The notes under the pieces are model-generated. The model had not been told where the DNA came from and did no database searches. It was given only the letters and a program-made list of their open reading frames with translations. A stretch of DNA of 63,851 bases from a virus (Duplodnaviria > Heunggongvirae > Uroviricota > Caudoviricetes): IMG/VR virus record IMGVR_UViG_2879469214_000003, positions 64,001-127,851 of that record; one strand, written 5' to 3'. Below, in pieces: positions 18,135 through 28,092 of this stretch. How positions within the stretch are numbered: the stretch's first letter is position 1; the number at the start of each line of letters is the position of its first letter. The position numbers and the translations under genes were made by a program.

Positions 18135-18180
18135 ATCATAACACATATTTTATTTTATTTTCAATATTATTTTAGTGTAA
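18135..18180 (-). promoter_or_regulatory. Promoter with TTACACTAAAATAATA box
   Basis: TTGAAA-18-TGnTATGAT; box abuts the -35. Confidence 0.6.
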
Positions 18181-18332
18181 TAAAAAAGACGGAGAATTAC
18201 TCTCTCGTCTTAGCATATATATATTCTTGTTGTTTGTGTGTACTATAATTTTCAGCAGCGTCGATTAAACTAATCCATTCTCCATCATGCTTTTGTACCC
18301 ACATATGACCGTCTGAGAGTCGCTTTCCACGT

Positions 18333-18515
18333 TTATACACTGTAATAGTATGCCTCCCCTGTTTGAGCAATACGAACGTCTACGGCCTGTTTAAATTCCA
18401 TTGTAAGTGAATAAACTCTGTCCATTAGAATATGTGCAATAGTATCTTTGCAACGTCCATGTTCCTCAACTGTATCGATTACCTCATTATTTACGATGAT
18501 GTTGTATGTGTTCAT
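18333..18515 (-). CDS. Hypothetical protein
   Basis: 60 aa, SD AAGGAG, repeated box just upstream. Confidence 0.6.
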   Translation of the reverse strand: MNTYNIIVNNEVIDTVEEHGRCKDTIAHILMDRVYSLTMEFKQAVDVRIAQTGEAYYYSV

Positions 18516-18730
18516 TGTATATATCTCCTTATTTATATTATTTTTGTGTATATAAATTTTAAAGAAAAACTTATTTTATTTACTTATTCTAAGATCAGCA
18601 ACCAGAACTCTGCTCTTTTTACCATTGATTACAACTTTTGCCCACAATCGTTTTTTATATTTATAATACTTTACTACATAGCCTATAGGATTCAACTATT
18701 GTCATCTCCTTTCTTAATCAAATACTTCTT

Positions 18731-19039
18731 TTACTGTAAACGCGGATTAGTCTCACAATAATCGTTTATATGTTTTATTTTATCTTTTATGAATTCATTC
18801 AATGTCTCTAATGCTTGTAAGAAACCTCCATCATTAATGAATTCTGTTTCAAACATTGATACACTCCATCTGTCAAATGTCTCTGGGAAATCAGCTCTTA
18901 AACAATACTGAAAGCCTGTACCCTGATGTGGCTCAATCAGTTGTACATACAATTCATTTCCTTTAAGCACAGTAACGCCATACTCAGACCAGCTTTGAAC
19001 GAGATTATGCTTTTCTGATAATAGTTTTATATAGTCCAT
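18731..19039 (-). CDS. Hypothetical protein
   Basis: 102 aa, SD AGGGGG. Confidence 0.65.
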   Translation of the reverse strand: MDYIKLLSEKHNLVQSWSEYGVTVLKGNELYVQLIEPHQGTGFQYCLRADFPETFDRWSVSMFETEFINDGGFLQALETLNEFIKDKIKHINDYCETNPRLQ

Positions 19040-19080
19040 TGCTTCCCCCTATCTTATAATGAAAGAATCCTTTCATTAAA

Positions 19081-19284
19081 TCATTCATTCCAAACGTGTA
19101 TTTTAACAGTTCCACACTTTGGACAAGCAAATAATTGATGTTGTTCTGGCTCATCCCACTTATCACCTCCAGATAGTACCTTAACTTCATTACTTAATCT
19201 CAATTGAATGAAATCTTCCTCTTGTTCATAGCCATCTTCCCACGAACTAAGATCATAGGTGTGCCCACACGCTCCACATTTCAC
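19081..19284 (-). CDS. Zinc-ribbon protein
   Basis: CGAC...CPKC. Confidence 0.65.
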   Translation of the reverse strand: MKCGACGHTYDLSSWEDGYEQEEDFIQLRLSNEVKVLSGGDKWDEPEQHQLFACPKCGTVKIHVWNE

Positions 19285-19322
19285 GTTGAATCATCTCCCC
19301 TCAAAACATGTTATCTTGTTTA

Positions 19323-19601
19323 CTAAGCACTTAAAAAGTCAAAGGAGCCATCTTCATGTATCAAGAGAATATTAGTATGTTTATCAATTATGTATTCCCA
19401 ATCTTCATGATCAAGTTTTCTGCTAAATTTTAAATCATAAGGATAATATCTTGTTTGTCTCAAATAATTTTCTCCTTCCAATTCCACAACAATAGTATTT
19501 GACTGGTTCCAAACGTCAACTTCTTTTGAATCCTTGGAGTATTTACTTCCAAAGTAATCATTGATTATGTGAGAAAACTCATCATTGTTCTTCATGATCA
19601 T
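19323..19601 (-). CDS. Hypothetical protein
   Basis: 92 aa, SD GGGAG. Confidence 0.6.
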   Translation of the reverse strand: MIMKNNDEFSHIINDYFGSKYSKDSKEVDVWNQSNTIVVELEGENYLRQTRYYPYDLKFSRKLDHEDWEYIIDKHTNILLIHEDGSFDFLSA

Positions 19602-19814
19602 CTAATTCAACTCCCTGTAAAATAATCTTTTCATAAACTTAATATTTGATTCTCAAAATCTACTATGCGATGATAAACGTCCTCCATACACTCTTTATCT
19701 GTTGAGTTAAAATTAGGTGAATTAACAATGGTATCAAGTAAACTCTGTCTAACCATCTCTCGCTCTGAGTCAGATAAAATTAGTTCCATTACATGCACAC
19801 TCCTTATAAAATAT

Positions 19815-20153
19815 TCATTTCATTTTATGACAATATACACATAGTAATTGTGCATTAGAAATATGATTTATTTGCTTCTCCGTTGCATTTGCTGGAAAAC
19901 TACTTACCTCTTTTATATGATCAACATCAAGTACTTTTTCTGATAAAGATACACCTCGTTTTGTTAGTTCACAACTAGGATTCATACATCTCACTCCGTA
20001 AGTTTTTATTGCATTTTTTCTGAATTTTTCGCGATATGTACCTGTTCTAACCTTACATTTACCACATCGCTTGTTGTTATTCGCATTACTAATCACTGTT
20101 GTACATCCATTCCCTTTGTATCCTACACATTGAATCATCATAATTGTGCTCAT
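19815..20153 (-). CDS. HNH endonuclease
   Basis: CRMNPSC...DVDHIKE...SNAQLLCVYCH. Confidence 0.8.
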   Translation of the reverse strand: MSTIMMIQCVGYKGNGCTTVISNANNNKRCGKCKVRTGTYREKFRKNAIKTYGVRCMNPSCELTKRGVSLSEKVLDVDHIKEVSSFPANATEKQINHISNAQLLCVYCHKMK

Positions 20154-20178
20154 TAATCACAGCCTCCTCATGAAAGGA

Positions 20179-20403
20179 TCATTTTACACTAACCAACTCA
20201 TCAATTTTCGCTTTCGCTGCTTCACTAGCTTCCTCTTTAGTGTCAAAAAAGGTTTTATTCCCATGCCATTCTGAATCATATAGATGTGAGCCATCTTTGT
20301 ATAATTTGAATTTCCATTTGTAATTACTTCTCTCAGATAAATTAATCTCAACATTATGCTTTTTGTATTTGCCCTTATACCCACTCCATTGCTTTTCTGT
20401 CAA
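20179..20403 (-). CDS. Hypothetical protein (start revised to TTG at 20403)
   Basis: SD GAGGTG precedes TTG ACA GAA AAG. Confidence 0.55.
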   Translation of the reverse strand: MTEKQWSGYKGKYKKHNVEINLSERSNYKWKFKLYKDGSHLYDSEWHGNKTFFDTKEEASEAAKAKIDELVSVK

Positions 20404-20612
20404 TTTCACCTCGTTCAACTCCTTATCCAAATTGTTCGCAGAGTTCTTCTTCTTCAACAATTTTATCTTTAATCATGCAATGCAACTTATTGTCGTCAGT
20501 TGAAAAGGAATTATCACAACCCATGCAATCAAAGTAAAGTCTACTAGGGAAGTCTTCTTGCAATTGATCAATTAACTCTTCTCGGTCCACACAATCTACT
20601 CCCTATAGTTAT

Positions 20613-20966
20613 TTATTTTACAATCACTTGTTTACCGAATCTGTAGCTATGCTTTGTGATTTCTTCCAACTCATAAGTGAAAGCCAGATTGGCATAAAAG
20701 ATACGCACTATATCACCAATACTCGGTTTCTGCGATTTAATTTGTTCTATGAATACAGGATTTGTAATTTCAGATAATTCCCCGTTGTCTTCCTTATATT
20801 CAAATGACTTCATTTCATCTGGTAACTCTGCGATCTCTCTATAAAAATCCAAAGCTGGTATCGTACCAGACCCAAAACCAGATTTGTTAAATGCTTTTTC
20901 AATGCTTTCACCTGAGATAATATTTTTTGTGCCATCCATCCATTTCAACTCAAATAGTTTTTCCAT
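20613..20966 (-). CDS. Hypothetical protein
   Basis: 117 aa in array. Confidence 0.6.
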   Translation of the reverse strand: MEKLFELKWMDGTKNIISGESIEKAFNKSGFGSGTIPALDFYREIAELPDEMKSFEYKEDNGELSEITNPVFIEQIKSQKPSIGDIVRIFYANLAFTYELEEITKHSYRFGKQVIVK

Positions 20967-21185
20967 TTCGTTTTATCCTTCTTTCTCCATAAAATTATAG
21001 ATTCATTTAAACTGCAACCAAATCTCTTTGAAAAACAAAAACGTCATCATCCTCACACAATTCCATAAACATATCACGCTGCGCTTCAGTTGGAAATCCA
21101 TATGTATTCTCTGTAACTATATCAAGAATCTTCTCAATGACAACCACTTGATACATTGTGATCACCTCTTCTATTTGATAATCTT

Positions 21186-21231
21186 ATTATACATCTTATA
21201 TTTACAATTGTACAGTATTATTTTAGTGTAA
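21186..21231 (-). promoter_or_regulatory. Promoter with TTACACTAAAATAATAC box
   Basis: TGTACA-17-TATAAT with box abutting. Confidence 0.75.
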
Positions 21232-21280
21232 TTATAATGAAAAAGAGATGCTTTAGGGCATCTCCATAGTCTACAGCATA

Positions 21281-21559
21281 TCAGTGTTTATCAATATTAC
21301 TCATAAAGTCTATATAATGTTTCCTGCATCTATTCCTCATGAATAATCGCTTCTTACAGCTCTTAACACTACAAACACTATATTCAAATTTCATCATATC
21401 TGCTTTTGACTTGTAAGCGACATTCTTTGTTGACTCTCTGATTGTTCGAGCGGTATCAATCATATACTCTCTACAAGGATAACAGATCCCTAACGGAGCG
21501 CTGCTGTGTCTGTAATTGTTACACCCTTCTCTTAAGCATCTAACAAGAATCTCGCTCAT
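21281..21559 (-). CDS. Cys-rich hypothetical protein
   Basis: CxxxxC, CYPC, CSVKSC, CRKHY. Confidence 0.6.
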   Translation of the reverse strand: MSEILVRCLREGCNNYRHSSAPLGICYPCREYMIDTARTIRESTKNVAYKSKADMMKFEYSVCSVKSCKKRLFMRNRCRKHYIDFMSNIDKH

Positions 21560-21668
21560 ATAATCACCATCCAGTAAGTTCTAAGTTGTCTATGTGATTA
21601 TATTCTAACACTGGGGGTCTTCTGGGTAAAATTAATCTTTCACAGGAAAAGAAAAAGCAGCCCGAAGG

Positions 21669-21884
21669 CTACTCTTTGATGATTTTATTCCATGCGTCTT
21701 CAATTGCTTCTTCTACATTATCACAAGCTTTAGAGATTGATCTTTTACGATTCTCAAAATCTTCTAAGTAACAAGTAAACCCACCAACTGCGTTTAATTG
21801 GACAATATATGTACGACCATCCAATTCCATAATTGAAGTATCAACTTTCGCGTTGTTAAATGTAGTTCTAGTCACCATTAGCAT
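21669..21884 (-). CDS. Hypothetical protein (ATG at 21884)
   Basis: GGAGGTG then AAATAC ATG. Confidence 0.6.
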   Translation of the reverse strand: MLMVTRTTFNNAKVDTSIMELDGRTYIVQLNAVGGFTCYLEDFENRKRSISKACDNVEEAIEDAWNKIIKE

Positions 21885-22110
21885 GTATTTCACCTCCTTT
21901 ACTCATAATTCTATATTACCATAATCAAGTAGAAGTTTAAATGATATCAGACTTTCACAGACTCTTTAATCGACTCAATTTTCTCCATATATATCTTTCT
22001 GTCAAACTGTCTATAAAACTCTCTTCCTGCACGAAAGAGGTTAGTAGCTTTGATTTCTACAGTTTGTGTCTGACATGCAAAGCGATTATAAAATGCGATT
22101 ATGTAATTAT

Positions 22111-22326
22111 TCATATCTCATAACCTCTTTGTCTATTATCGTATGTTCTAAGCTTCTCAAAATCTTTAATATATCTACTCATATAACTTGGTGATATTCC
22201 AAGAGAACCCATCTTAACAACTACATCGTGATCTTTCTTGCATTTTTTTATATTTTCATCAAGTAATTCCACTAATTCTTCACGACTCATTTCCGTCAGT
22301 TCCTTCAGTAGCCCCAATGTTTTCAC
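22111..22326 (-). CDS. Hypothetical protein
   Basis: 71 aa in array. Confidence 0.5.
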   Translation of the reverse strand: MKTLGLLKELTEMSREELVELLDENIKKCKKDHDVVVKMGSLGISPSYMSRYIKDFEKLRTYDNRQRGYEI

Positions 22327-22531
22327 CTTCTTCTTCTAGAATTTCATTACAAATCTCAATACATTCATTGCAAATGAACACCATTGGGCCAGCTACAATC
22401 CTTGATACCTCTGATTGCGCCTTACCACAAAAAGAGCAGCACAACTCTGGATTCTTGCCCGAGAATTTCAACAGATCATCATACTTCTTTGCTTTATCCG
22501 TTATTTCGTAAAATTGTTCAGTTGTTATCAT
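22280..22531 (-). CDS. Stand-alone ClpX C4-type zinc-binding domain protein
   Basis: [37 protein letters not shown] is the ClpX N-domain signature. Confidence 0.85.
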   Translation of the reverse strand: MITTEQFYEITDKAKKYDDLLKFSGKNPELCCSFCGKAQSEVSRIVAGPMVFICNECIEICNEILEEEGENIGATEGTDGNES

Positions 22532-22752
22532 TGTAATCTCTCCTTATGTATCTAATTGAAATTCAACTTTCATTTGCTTTCTTAAATTCCCTCAACATTT
22601 CTCGCATCTTATCCATACCTACACTCTTAGTCTTAGTTGTGCGCGCCGCGTATTCTACAAAGTCCTTGTAATCCATTTCATTAGTGAATATTGCTTTGGT
22701 TGGTCGTATTGGTTTATTGTTCATATTCATATGCTCTCTTTTCTGTAAGGAA

Positions 22753-22986
22753 TCAACTTTTATATGTAATATTGTCCATCATAGTAACCAAGATGTTACC
22801 AATCTCTTTATTTTGTTCATTTAAACGATCCTGTTGTCTTTTCCACTCCAGTTGTTCATTTTTACGTAACAATTCATTCTCTGCTCTTAGTTCTGCCACT
22901 TCATGAACTAAGCTCACAATTGTTTCGGATCTAACCAATAGATCAAGTTCATTCTGATTCAAATAGTCAAATATTGATTCCCTCAT
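22753..22986 (-). CDS. Coiled-coil hypothetical protein
   Basis: 77 aa, SD GGAGG. Confidence 0.6.
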   Translation of the reverse strand: MRESIFDYLNQNELDLLVRSETIVSLVHEVAELRAENELLRKNEQLEWKRQQDRLNEQNKEIGNILVTMMDNITYKS

Positions 22987-23024
22987 CTTATTACCTCCAT
23001 TTTTGTTTTAGTAAAATAACTGTT

Positions 23025-23207
23025 TTATCCAAATACAGCGACTGTCTTGTTTATGGTCTTAACAAAGAGATTGCTGCCTTCTCTTTTGTGTACGAAATAA
23101 CGTTCGTTTTTAAACACAATACAGTCACTTTCAAATATTTGGAGATTTGAATCTACACAAAATTCTTCTTGTTCGTGGATCATTACTTTATATATCATAT
23201 AGTTCAC
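23025..23207 (-). CDS. Hypothetical protein
   Basis: 60 aa, stop within junction palindrome. Confidence 0.55.
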   Translation of the reverse strand: MNYMIYKVMIHEQEEFCVDSNLQIFESDCIVFKNERYFVHKREGSNLFVKTINKTVAVFG

Positions 23208-23235
23208 CTCTTATTTTTATAATATCCTGCATTCA

Positions 23236-23433
23236 TTAAGTATTAAACTCGCTATCTGTTTTGTCATTATTAGTTAATACTTTCTTGATTCCATCAATCT
23301 GTTCAAAAAGATATTGTTTATCAGTCTCATTTAATGAACTATATTCAATATCAAATTTTAAGCATGACAATAACTCCCTAGCTCTCACAATCCTCTTCGC
23401 TTTTCTACGAACAATCTGCTCTACATTGTTCAA
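23236..23433 (-). CDS. Hypothetical protein
   Basis: 65 aa, SD GGGAG. Confidence 0.55.
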   Translation of the reverse strand: MNNVEQIVRRKAKRIVRARELLSCLKFDIEYSSLNETDKQYLFEQIDGIKKVLTNNDKTDSEFNT

Positions 23434-23462
23434 AAATACCCACTCCCAGTGAAATACTGTTT

Positions 23463-23729
23463 TTACTCAGAATCATCTATATTACTTCTTACAAAATCTT
23501 TAATGTCGCTAAGAATTTCATATTGCCAGCAAGAGAAATCATTGCTCTCTCCATAGCGTTCACAGGCTTCAGCTTTGGCAATTACTACTCTACCTTCCCA
23601 CTCATCGAACCTGTGAGTTATCTGCCAATCATTAAATGATCTAATAACTACATTCACTCTCTCCCTGTTACTATTCCACCAGTCAATACCCGTATCGGTA
23701 TCTAGTTCCTCAATAAGTTTAAAATTCAA
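23463..23729 (-). CDS. Hypothetical protein
   Basis: 88 aa, SD AAGGAGG. Confidence 0.6.
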   Translation of the reverse strand: MNFKLIEELDTDTGIDWWNSNRERVNVVIRSFNDWQITHRFDEWEGRVVIAKAEACERYGESNDFSCWQYEILSDIKDFVRSNIDDSE

Positions 23730-23837
23730 TATTAGCCCTCCTTTACTAAATGAAATCGTTGTTTTAACTCCTTATGTATCACATTAACAATACCTTGTTT
23801 CTATCTCCAACACTCTGTTACTTGATTCCATAAACAA

Positions 23838-23882
23838 ATTTTACATCATATTTATTATATATTCAAGTATTATTTTTGTGTA
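23838..23882 (-). promoter_or_regulatory. Promoter with TACACAAAAATAATAC box
   Basis: TTGAAT-17-TAAAAT. Confidence 0.65.
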
Positions 23883-23894
23883 TAATAAAAACAA

Positions 23895-24275
23895 CTAAGC
23901 ACTTGCCAACATGCCTAGTGCTCTTCCGAATCTAATTGTTTTATCTTCAGCCCATACAGTGTACATATCATCAAAGTGTACATTGTACACATACATCTGT
24001 TCTATATGATACTTAGTGATTGCCTCATTAAACATCAACATTAATGTATTGATAGGATTTGTCATAAAGTCTTGATTAGTGAACACTTTTACAATAGAAT
24101 TACTTTGATGTATCTTTCTGATCTGATATAATTTTCTATGTATCTCGGTATCAGTAATATTTTCATTCAGACACAAATAGAACTCGCTAATATCATCAGG
24201 AGTCTTCAAGATTGCTTGTAAGTTAGAATTTAATATATATGCCTCTTCATTGAATTCATAAGATTTAATTGTCAT
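23895..24275 (-). CDS. Hypothetical protein
   Basis: 126 aa, SD AAGGAG. Confidence 0.65.
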   Translation of the reverse strand: MTIKSYEFNEEAYILNSNLQAILKTPDDISEFYLCLNENITDTEIHRKLYQIRKIHQSNSIVKVFTNQDFMTNPINTLMLMFNEAITKYHIEQMYVYNVHFDDMYTVWAEDKTIRFGRALGMLASA

Positions 24276-24503
24276 AGATAAATCTCCTTATGTATGTTTT
24301 ACTGTGGCGTTTGGAGGTCATTTAACTATTTTTTGCACTAAGAAAACTTAACAGACCAGTCTATTAAACTGCCAGTTAAGCACTCTCTTTTATGGGGGTG
24401 CTTTTGTTATGCAAACTTTCTGTTACCCAAATGGTAACACTCTTCTTAATTTAAACCAAATACTGTCTGTTGTCAACTGAATTTGTATAAAGGGGGATTC
24501 TCT

Positions 24504-24725
24504 ATGGTTTCTCGTAGATTAAAGATACACTTAGGAAATATACTTGATAGCAAAGATATATCAGCTAGAGAACTATCAAGACGTACAGGAGTTCGTCATG
24601 TAACTATAAGTAAGATTGTTAATGGTGAAGCTGTATACATATCATTTGAAAATATTGAGAAGATCTGCAATGAGTTGAAAATTGATGTAAATGAAATTAT
24701 GTCTATGATCGAAGAAGATGAATAA
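24504..24725 (+). CDS. XRE/Cro-family HTH regulator
   Basis: ISARELSRRTGVRHVTISKIVNG...IEKICNEL; SD AAGGGGG. Confidence 0.85.
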   Translation: MVSRRLKIHLGNILDSKDISARELSRRTGVRHVTISKIVNGEAVYISFENIEKICNELKIDVNEIMSMIEEDE

Positions 24726-24879
24726 GAGCACAACAATATGGATTACGGGCAATACATTGGCTTTAGTAGCATATTTATTGTATCTAAGAACATCATTAGA
24801 ATGGTTAGTTTATGCGGTTTTACTTTGTGCTGTGACTTTATTGATTCTATCAATCTATTTTATAATTAAGAAGAAATGA
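24718..24879 (+). CDS. 53-aa two-TM membrane peptide (not in ORF track)
   Basis: MNKSTTIWITGNTLALVAYLLYLRTSLEWLVYAVLLCAVTLLILSIYFIIKKK*, overlaps HTH stop. Confidence 0.65.
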   Translation: MNKSTTIWITGNTLALVAYLLYLRTSLEWLVYAVLLCAVTLLILSIYFIIKKK

Positions 24880-25136
24880 AAAAGGAGCTGCTGTTTGCAG
24901 TCTCCTCTTCTTTATGTAAAAGTAACATTTGATCTAAACTTTAATACCAGAAACTTCTTGGAAGCGTATGTTTCCGATCAATCTTTCAAGTTTACGAATT
25001 GCGAGATTTTGGAGCTCTTTATCAGCAGTATCGGGAGTACAAGAAACAAAAACTTCTACAATAACGTCTTCACCCAAATCAACATTTACGATCTTTCCAT
25101 ACATCTGCATTCTCCTATTCTTGTAAAATTAAAATT

Positions 25137-25436
25137 TTATTTAGATATTGTCTTTAAAAGTAACTCATTAATTGAATTCAAAGTTGTTTCATTAACATTG
25201 GCTAATTTATCTCCATGAATAATGGAATCACTCTTTACCATTTTTATCATATAAGGATTCACTTTTAGGGTTTGACCTTGAGTTGTTTCGATGTCTAAAA
25301 TATCTACTTTTTTATGAGTGTCTCTCAAAATATCTAACACGCTCACAGTTTCTCCCATGTTGTGAACAACTAAGTATTTATTAAGCCCAACTCCAATTAT
25401 GTCACCGTTCTTAATCTCCATTGCGATCGCCTCCAT
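25137..25436 (-). CDS. Hypothetical protein, weak PemK/CcdB-like appearance
   Basis: IKNGDII...YLVV and C-terminal TLNSINELL helix; no clear catalytic motif. Confidence 0.4.
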   Translation of the reverse strand: MEAIAMEIKNGDIIGVGLNKYLVVHNMGETVSVLDILRDTHKKVDILDIETTQGQTLKVNPYMIKMVKSDSIIHGDKLANVNETTLNSINELLLKTISK

Positions 25437-25443
25437 AAATTTA

Positions 25444-25647
25444 TTATCTCATGAATCTAAAGTTCAATGGAATACCCAACTTGTCTTCAATTGTATTAAT
25501 TCGATTCTTAATGTTCATTCTCTCTTCCCAGTTTAAGTTGTCATTCATTAAATAATCTTCTTTGAGACTTTTCAGTATATCTCTTACACTCAACCTTAAC
25601 ACCTCTTTATGTATTATCTTCTCTATCTGAATATAATTATACAACAA
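25444..25647 (-). CDS. Hypothetical protein
   Basis: 67 aa; real start probably internal. Confidence 0.5.
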   Translation of the reverse strand: MLYNYIQIEKIIHKEVLRLSVRDILKSLKEDYLMNDNLNWEERMNIKNRINTIEDKLGIPLNFRFMR

Positions 25648-25678
25648 TAAAAATAAATATACAAGTATTATTTTATCG
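25636..25678 (-). promoter_or_regulatory. Promoter with AAAATAATAC box
   Basis: TTGTAT-17-TATAAT. Confidence 0.65.
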
Positions 25679-25733
25679 TTATTGATGATAAAAGTCTTGT
25701 TTTACCCAAAACAAAAACAGCCCGCTAAGGCTG

Positions 25734-26174
25734 CTAGTTAACTGTCTCTGCTGTTGGTATATCAACACCTAAAGACAATCCGGTTACGATAAATGAGACG
25801 ATGAAGATGAGTACATACAGCCATATAACTGTAAACCTTGATCTACCATCCATAAAAGCCAACGCAGGATGTATAATACCGAACACCATCAATGGCACTG
25901 AACTTACCATTATCGTAAACGGTATAGCTGCAAAACGATTGAATGGTGCAAAGACAAAGCAGATAAAGAAGAAGACTGTTATTGTGGCAATTGTCATGTA
26001 CTTGAATGTCTGAAGCTTCTTAATGCGCTTTCTAGCCTTTGGTTCTCTGTCGTAATAATCACTTATGTACCTATCTTGGATGTAGCTGTAAATCTTGTCT
26101 GATCCCCTCTTTGATGATTGTCGTTCTATCTTGTTCATTGATCTCTGAAACTTCTTCTGAGTCGGTGTTGGCAA
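25734..26174 (-). CDS. Three-TM membrane protein
   Basis: Basic N-terminus and three hydrophobic segments. Confidence 0.65.
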   Translation of the reverse strand: MPTPTQKKFQRSMNKIERQSSKRGSDKIYSYIQDRYISDYYDREPKARKRIKKLQTFKYMTIATITVFFFICFVFAPFNRFAAIPFTIMVSSVPLMVFGIIHPALAFMDGRSRFTVIWLYVLIFIVSFIVTGLSLGVDIPTAETVN

Positions 26175-26280
26175 GCCGTATCCCCCTTTTCGTTTTGTAT
26201 ACAGAGTGTATCATCATTCGAGTGATTTGAGAACAAAAAAGAGCCCAAATGGACTCCGTTTTCTTTGTGAAAGACTGGTT

Positions 26281-27321
26281 TTACTGGGTCTCCACTACGC
26301 CATTCTTCAGCAGATACTTCTTACTATTAACGCTTTCCGTTTGGCTCTTATCTACAACTTTATTACTATTGATTATTTGGGAAATAAAGCTTAGCTTATG
26401 TTCAAGTTCTGCTATTTCCTTTTTAAGTTTACTGTTCAGTTTAGATTTATTGTTAATCTGGGCATCTTTACCCTCTATAATTACGTCCTTCAGTTTAAGC
26501 TGATTCTTCAGTTCAGCAACCTCTAATTTCAATTCATTAATCTGAGAAACCTGACCTATACTAGCTTTCATATCGTTCAGAATGCTTTCTAATTGCCCTG
26601 TTATAGTTTGGGCCACATCTGGAGCCGAATCCGTCTCAGGATGCTTCTCAATTTGTTCTGTACGCTTTGTGCTACCCAAATAGATAACATTCTTTTCCAC
26701 TAAATAATTTTGAACAGATCCATGTTTCTTGGTGATTTGATAATACTTCTGATTAATGTTATTTTCTTTCCTATTTAATATCTTTGATACTGCTTTTATC
26801 GCAGCCTTCTTTGTGTTACCTTTCTTCTTTTCTTCCTGAATTGTTTTTTCCACTAACAACAATTCGTCATCATTCCAATCGCCCAGAATTTCACCCTTTT
26901 GACTATCTGTAAGAGTCTCCTCAACCCTTAATAAGTACTCTCTTACTGTTGCTGCCACTTTACTATCTCTGAGGAGCATTCCAAGACGTAGTAAACATCT
27001 ACGATTCAAAATTATTGCTGAGGGCACTCTGTCCAACTCTGGGACATCATGTCCTAGAGTCAGCCTATATTCCTTCAAGTCCTTGCTGTACAAGGTTTTT
27101 ATCCCATCATCTGAGAGCTCTTGTCTGTTTCTTTGAATAACCTTTCTAATTGTTTCGATACTGACTTCATAGTACTCCGCTGCTTGTCTGAGGGTCATAT
27201 TCTCACCATCTGGTAGCATACTCAAGGCTTTAACCTTGTTGAGTATTTCTGTTTTGACTATGTATTCATTCCGCAATGTTTGATCATCCATAAATCTATC
27301 CAATTGTAGCGCTTCATTCAT
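26281..27321 (-). CDS. Antirepressor-like DNA-binding protein with internal RsfA/Myb-like helix bundle and coiled coil
   Basis: ATG at 27321 after GGAGG; MTLRQAAEYYEVSIETIRKVIQRNRQEL HTH, RLGMLLRDSKVAATVREYLL; WNDDELLL segment. Confidence 0.6.
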   Translation of the reverse strand: MNEALQLDRFMDDQTLRNEYIVKTEILNKVKALSMLPDGENMTLRQAAEYYEVSIETIRKVIQRNRQELSDDGIKTLYSKDLKEYRLTLGHDVPELDRVPSAIILNRRCLLRLGMLLRDSKVAATVREYLLRVEETLTDSQKGEILGDWNDDELLLVEKTIQEEKKKGNTKKAAIKAVSKILNRKENNINQKYYQITKKHGSVQNYLVEKNVIYLGSTKRTEQIEKHPETDSAPDVAQTITGQLESILNDMKASIGQVSQINELKLEVAELKNQLKLKDVIIEGKDAQINNKSKLNSKLKKEIAELEHKLSFISQIINSNKVVDKSQTESVNSKKYLLKNGVVETQ

Positions 27322-27343
27322 TTTACAAACCTCCAATGTTATT

Positions 27344-27523
27344 TTATTTTTTATAGGTGGAAATGAAATTCTCAAGTTTATCAATCTCAGGCTTTTGTAA
27401 AGGCTGCTTTCCATTTATAAACAGTGAAAATAATGCATTACTGATTCCTAGTTTCTTTGCAATGAAGGATTTCTTGATTCCATAGTCATCAATAACTGTT
27501 TGTGTCCTCTCTTTTAATGTCAT
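27344..27523 (-). CDS. Cro-like HTH protein
   Basis: GIKKSFIAKKLGISNALFSLFING; SD AAGGAGGTG before ATG at 27523. Confidence 0.8.
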   Translation of the reverse strand: MTLKERTQTVIDDYGIKKSFIAKKLGISNALFSLFINGKQPLQKPEIDKLENFISTYKK

Positions 27524-27586
27524 GGCTCTCACCTCCTTAAAATATATTTTAATTGTTAAGCAAAAAAATTTAGTCAAATAAGCATT

Positions 27587-27781
27587 TCATTCAATCTCAT
27601 CTTTGCAAGAATAACACTCATTACTCTCTTCAATGGCTTGTCCCTTACTATTTACCACATACGAAATTGTGGAAAGTTGATTGCAAATGTAGCATTTTCC
27701 CAATCCGTTTCGCTGCTCATATTGCCCAATAAAGATTGAATTGTCTTCCTCCAAGTAAAATACGGACACAAATATCACCAC
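27587..27781 (-). CDS. Small Cys-containing protein
   Basis: CYIC...CYSC. Confidence 0.55.
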   Translation of the reverse strand: MVIFVSVFYLEEDNSIFIGQYEQRNGLGKCYICNQLSTISYVVNSKGQAIEESNECYSCKDEIE

Positions 27782-28092
27782 CTATCACCAGTATTAATAA
27801 TTATGCATGTTTGCGTATATAATTATCATTACTTGCGAGTGTTAAACTTTTTAGTTTGAATATTCATGCAGTAGACAACTTTACTGCTTAAGAATTGATC
27901 TTATAAATCTCAATTTGAATTTGATTACTATTTTCCGATCTTGGCAACACCAATGCGGACAAGTTGTTCGTTTTATTTACTGCTGTTACAAAGTCTGTAA
28001 TATCTGCGACACTATTAGTTAATTTCAATGTGATGACTAATTCATCTTTCATAATTCTCAATCCAACTCCTATGTATTTATATTTTTATTCC

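Noticed and set aside
25137-25436. Second MazF toxin
   Set aside because: Only superficial resemblance; the RP and T catalytic motifs are absent
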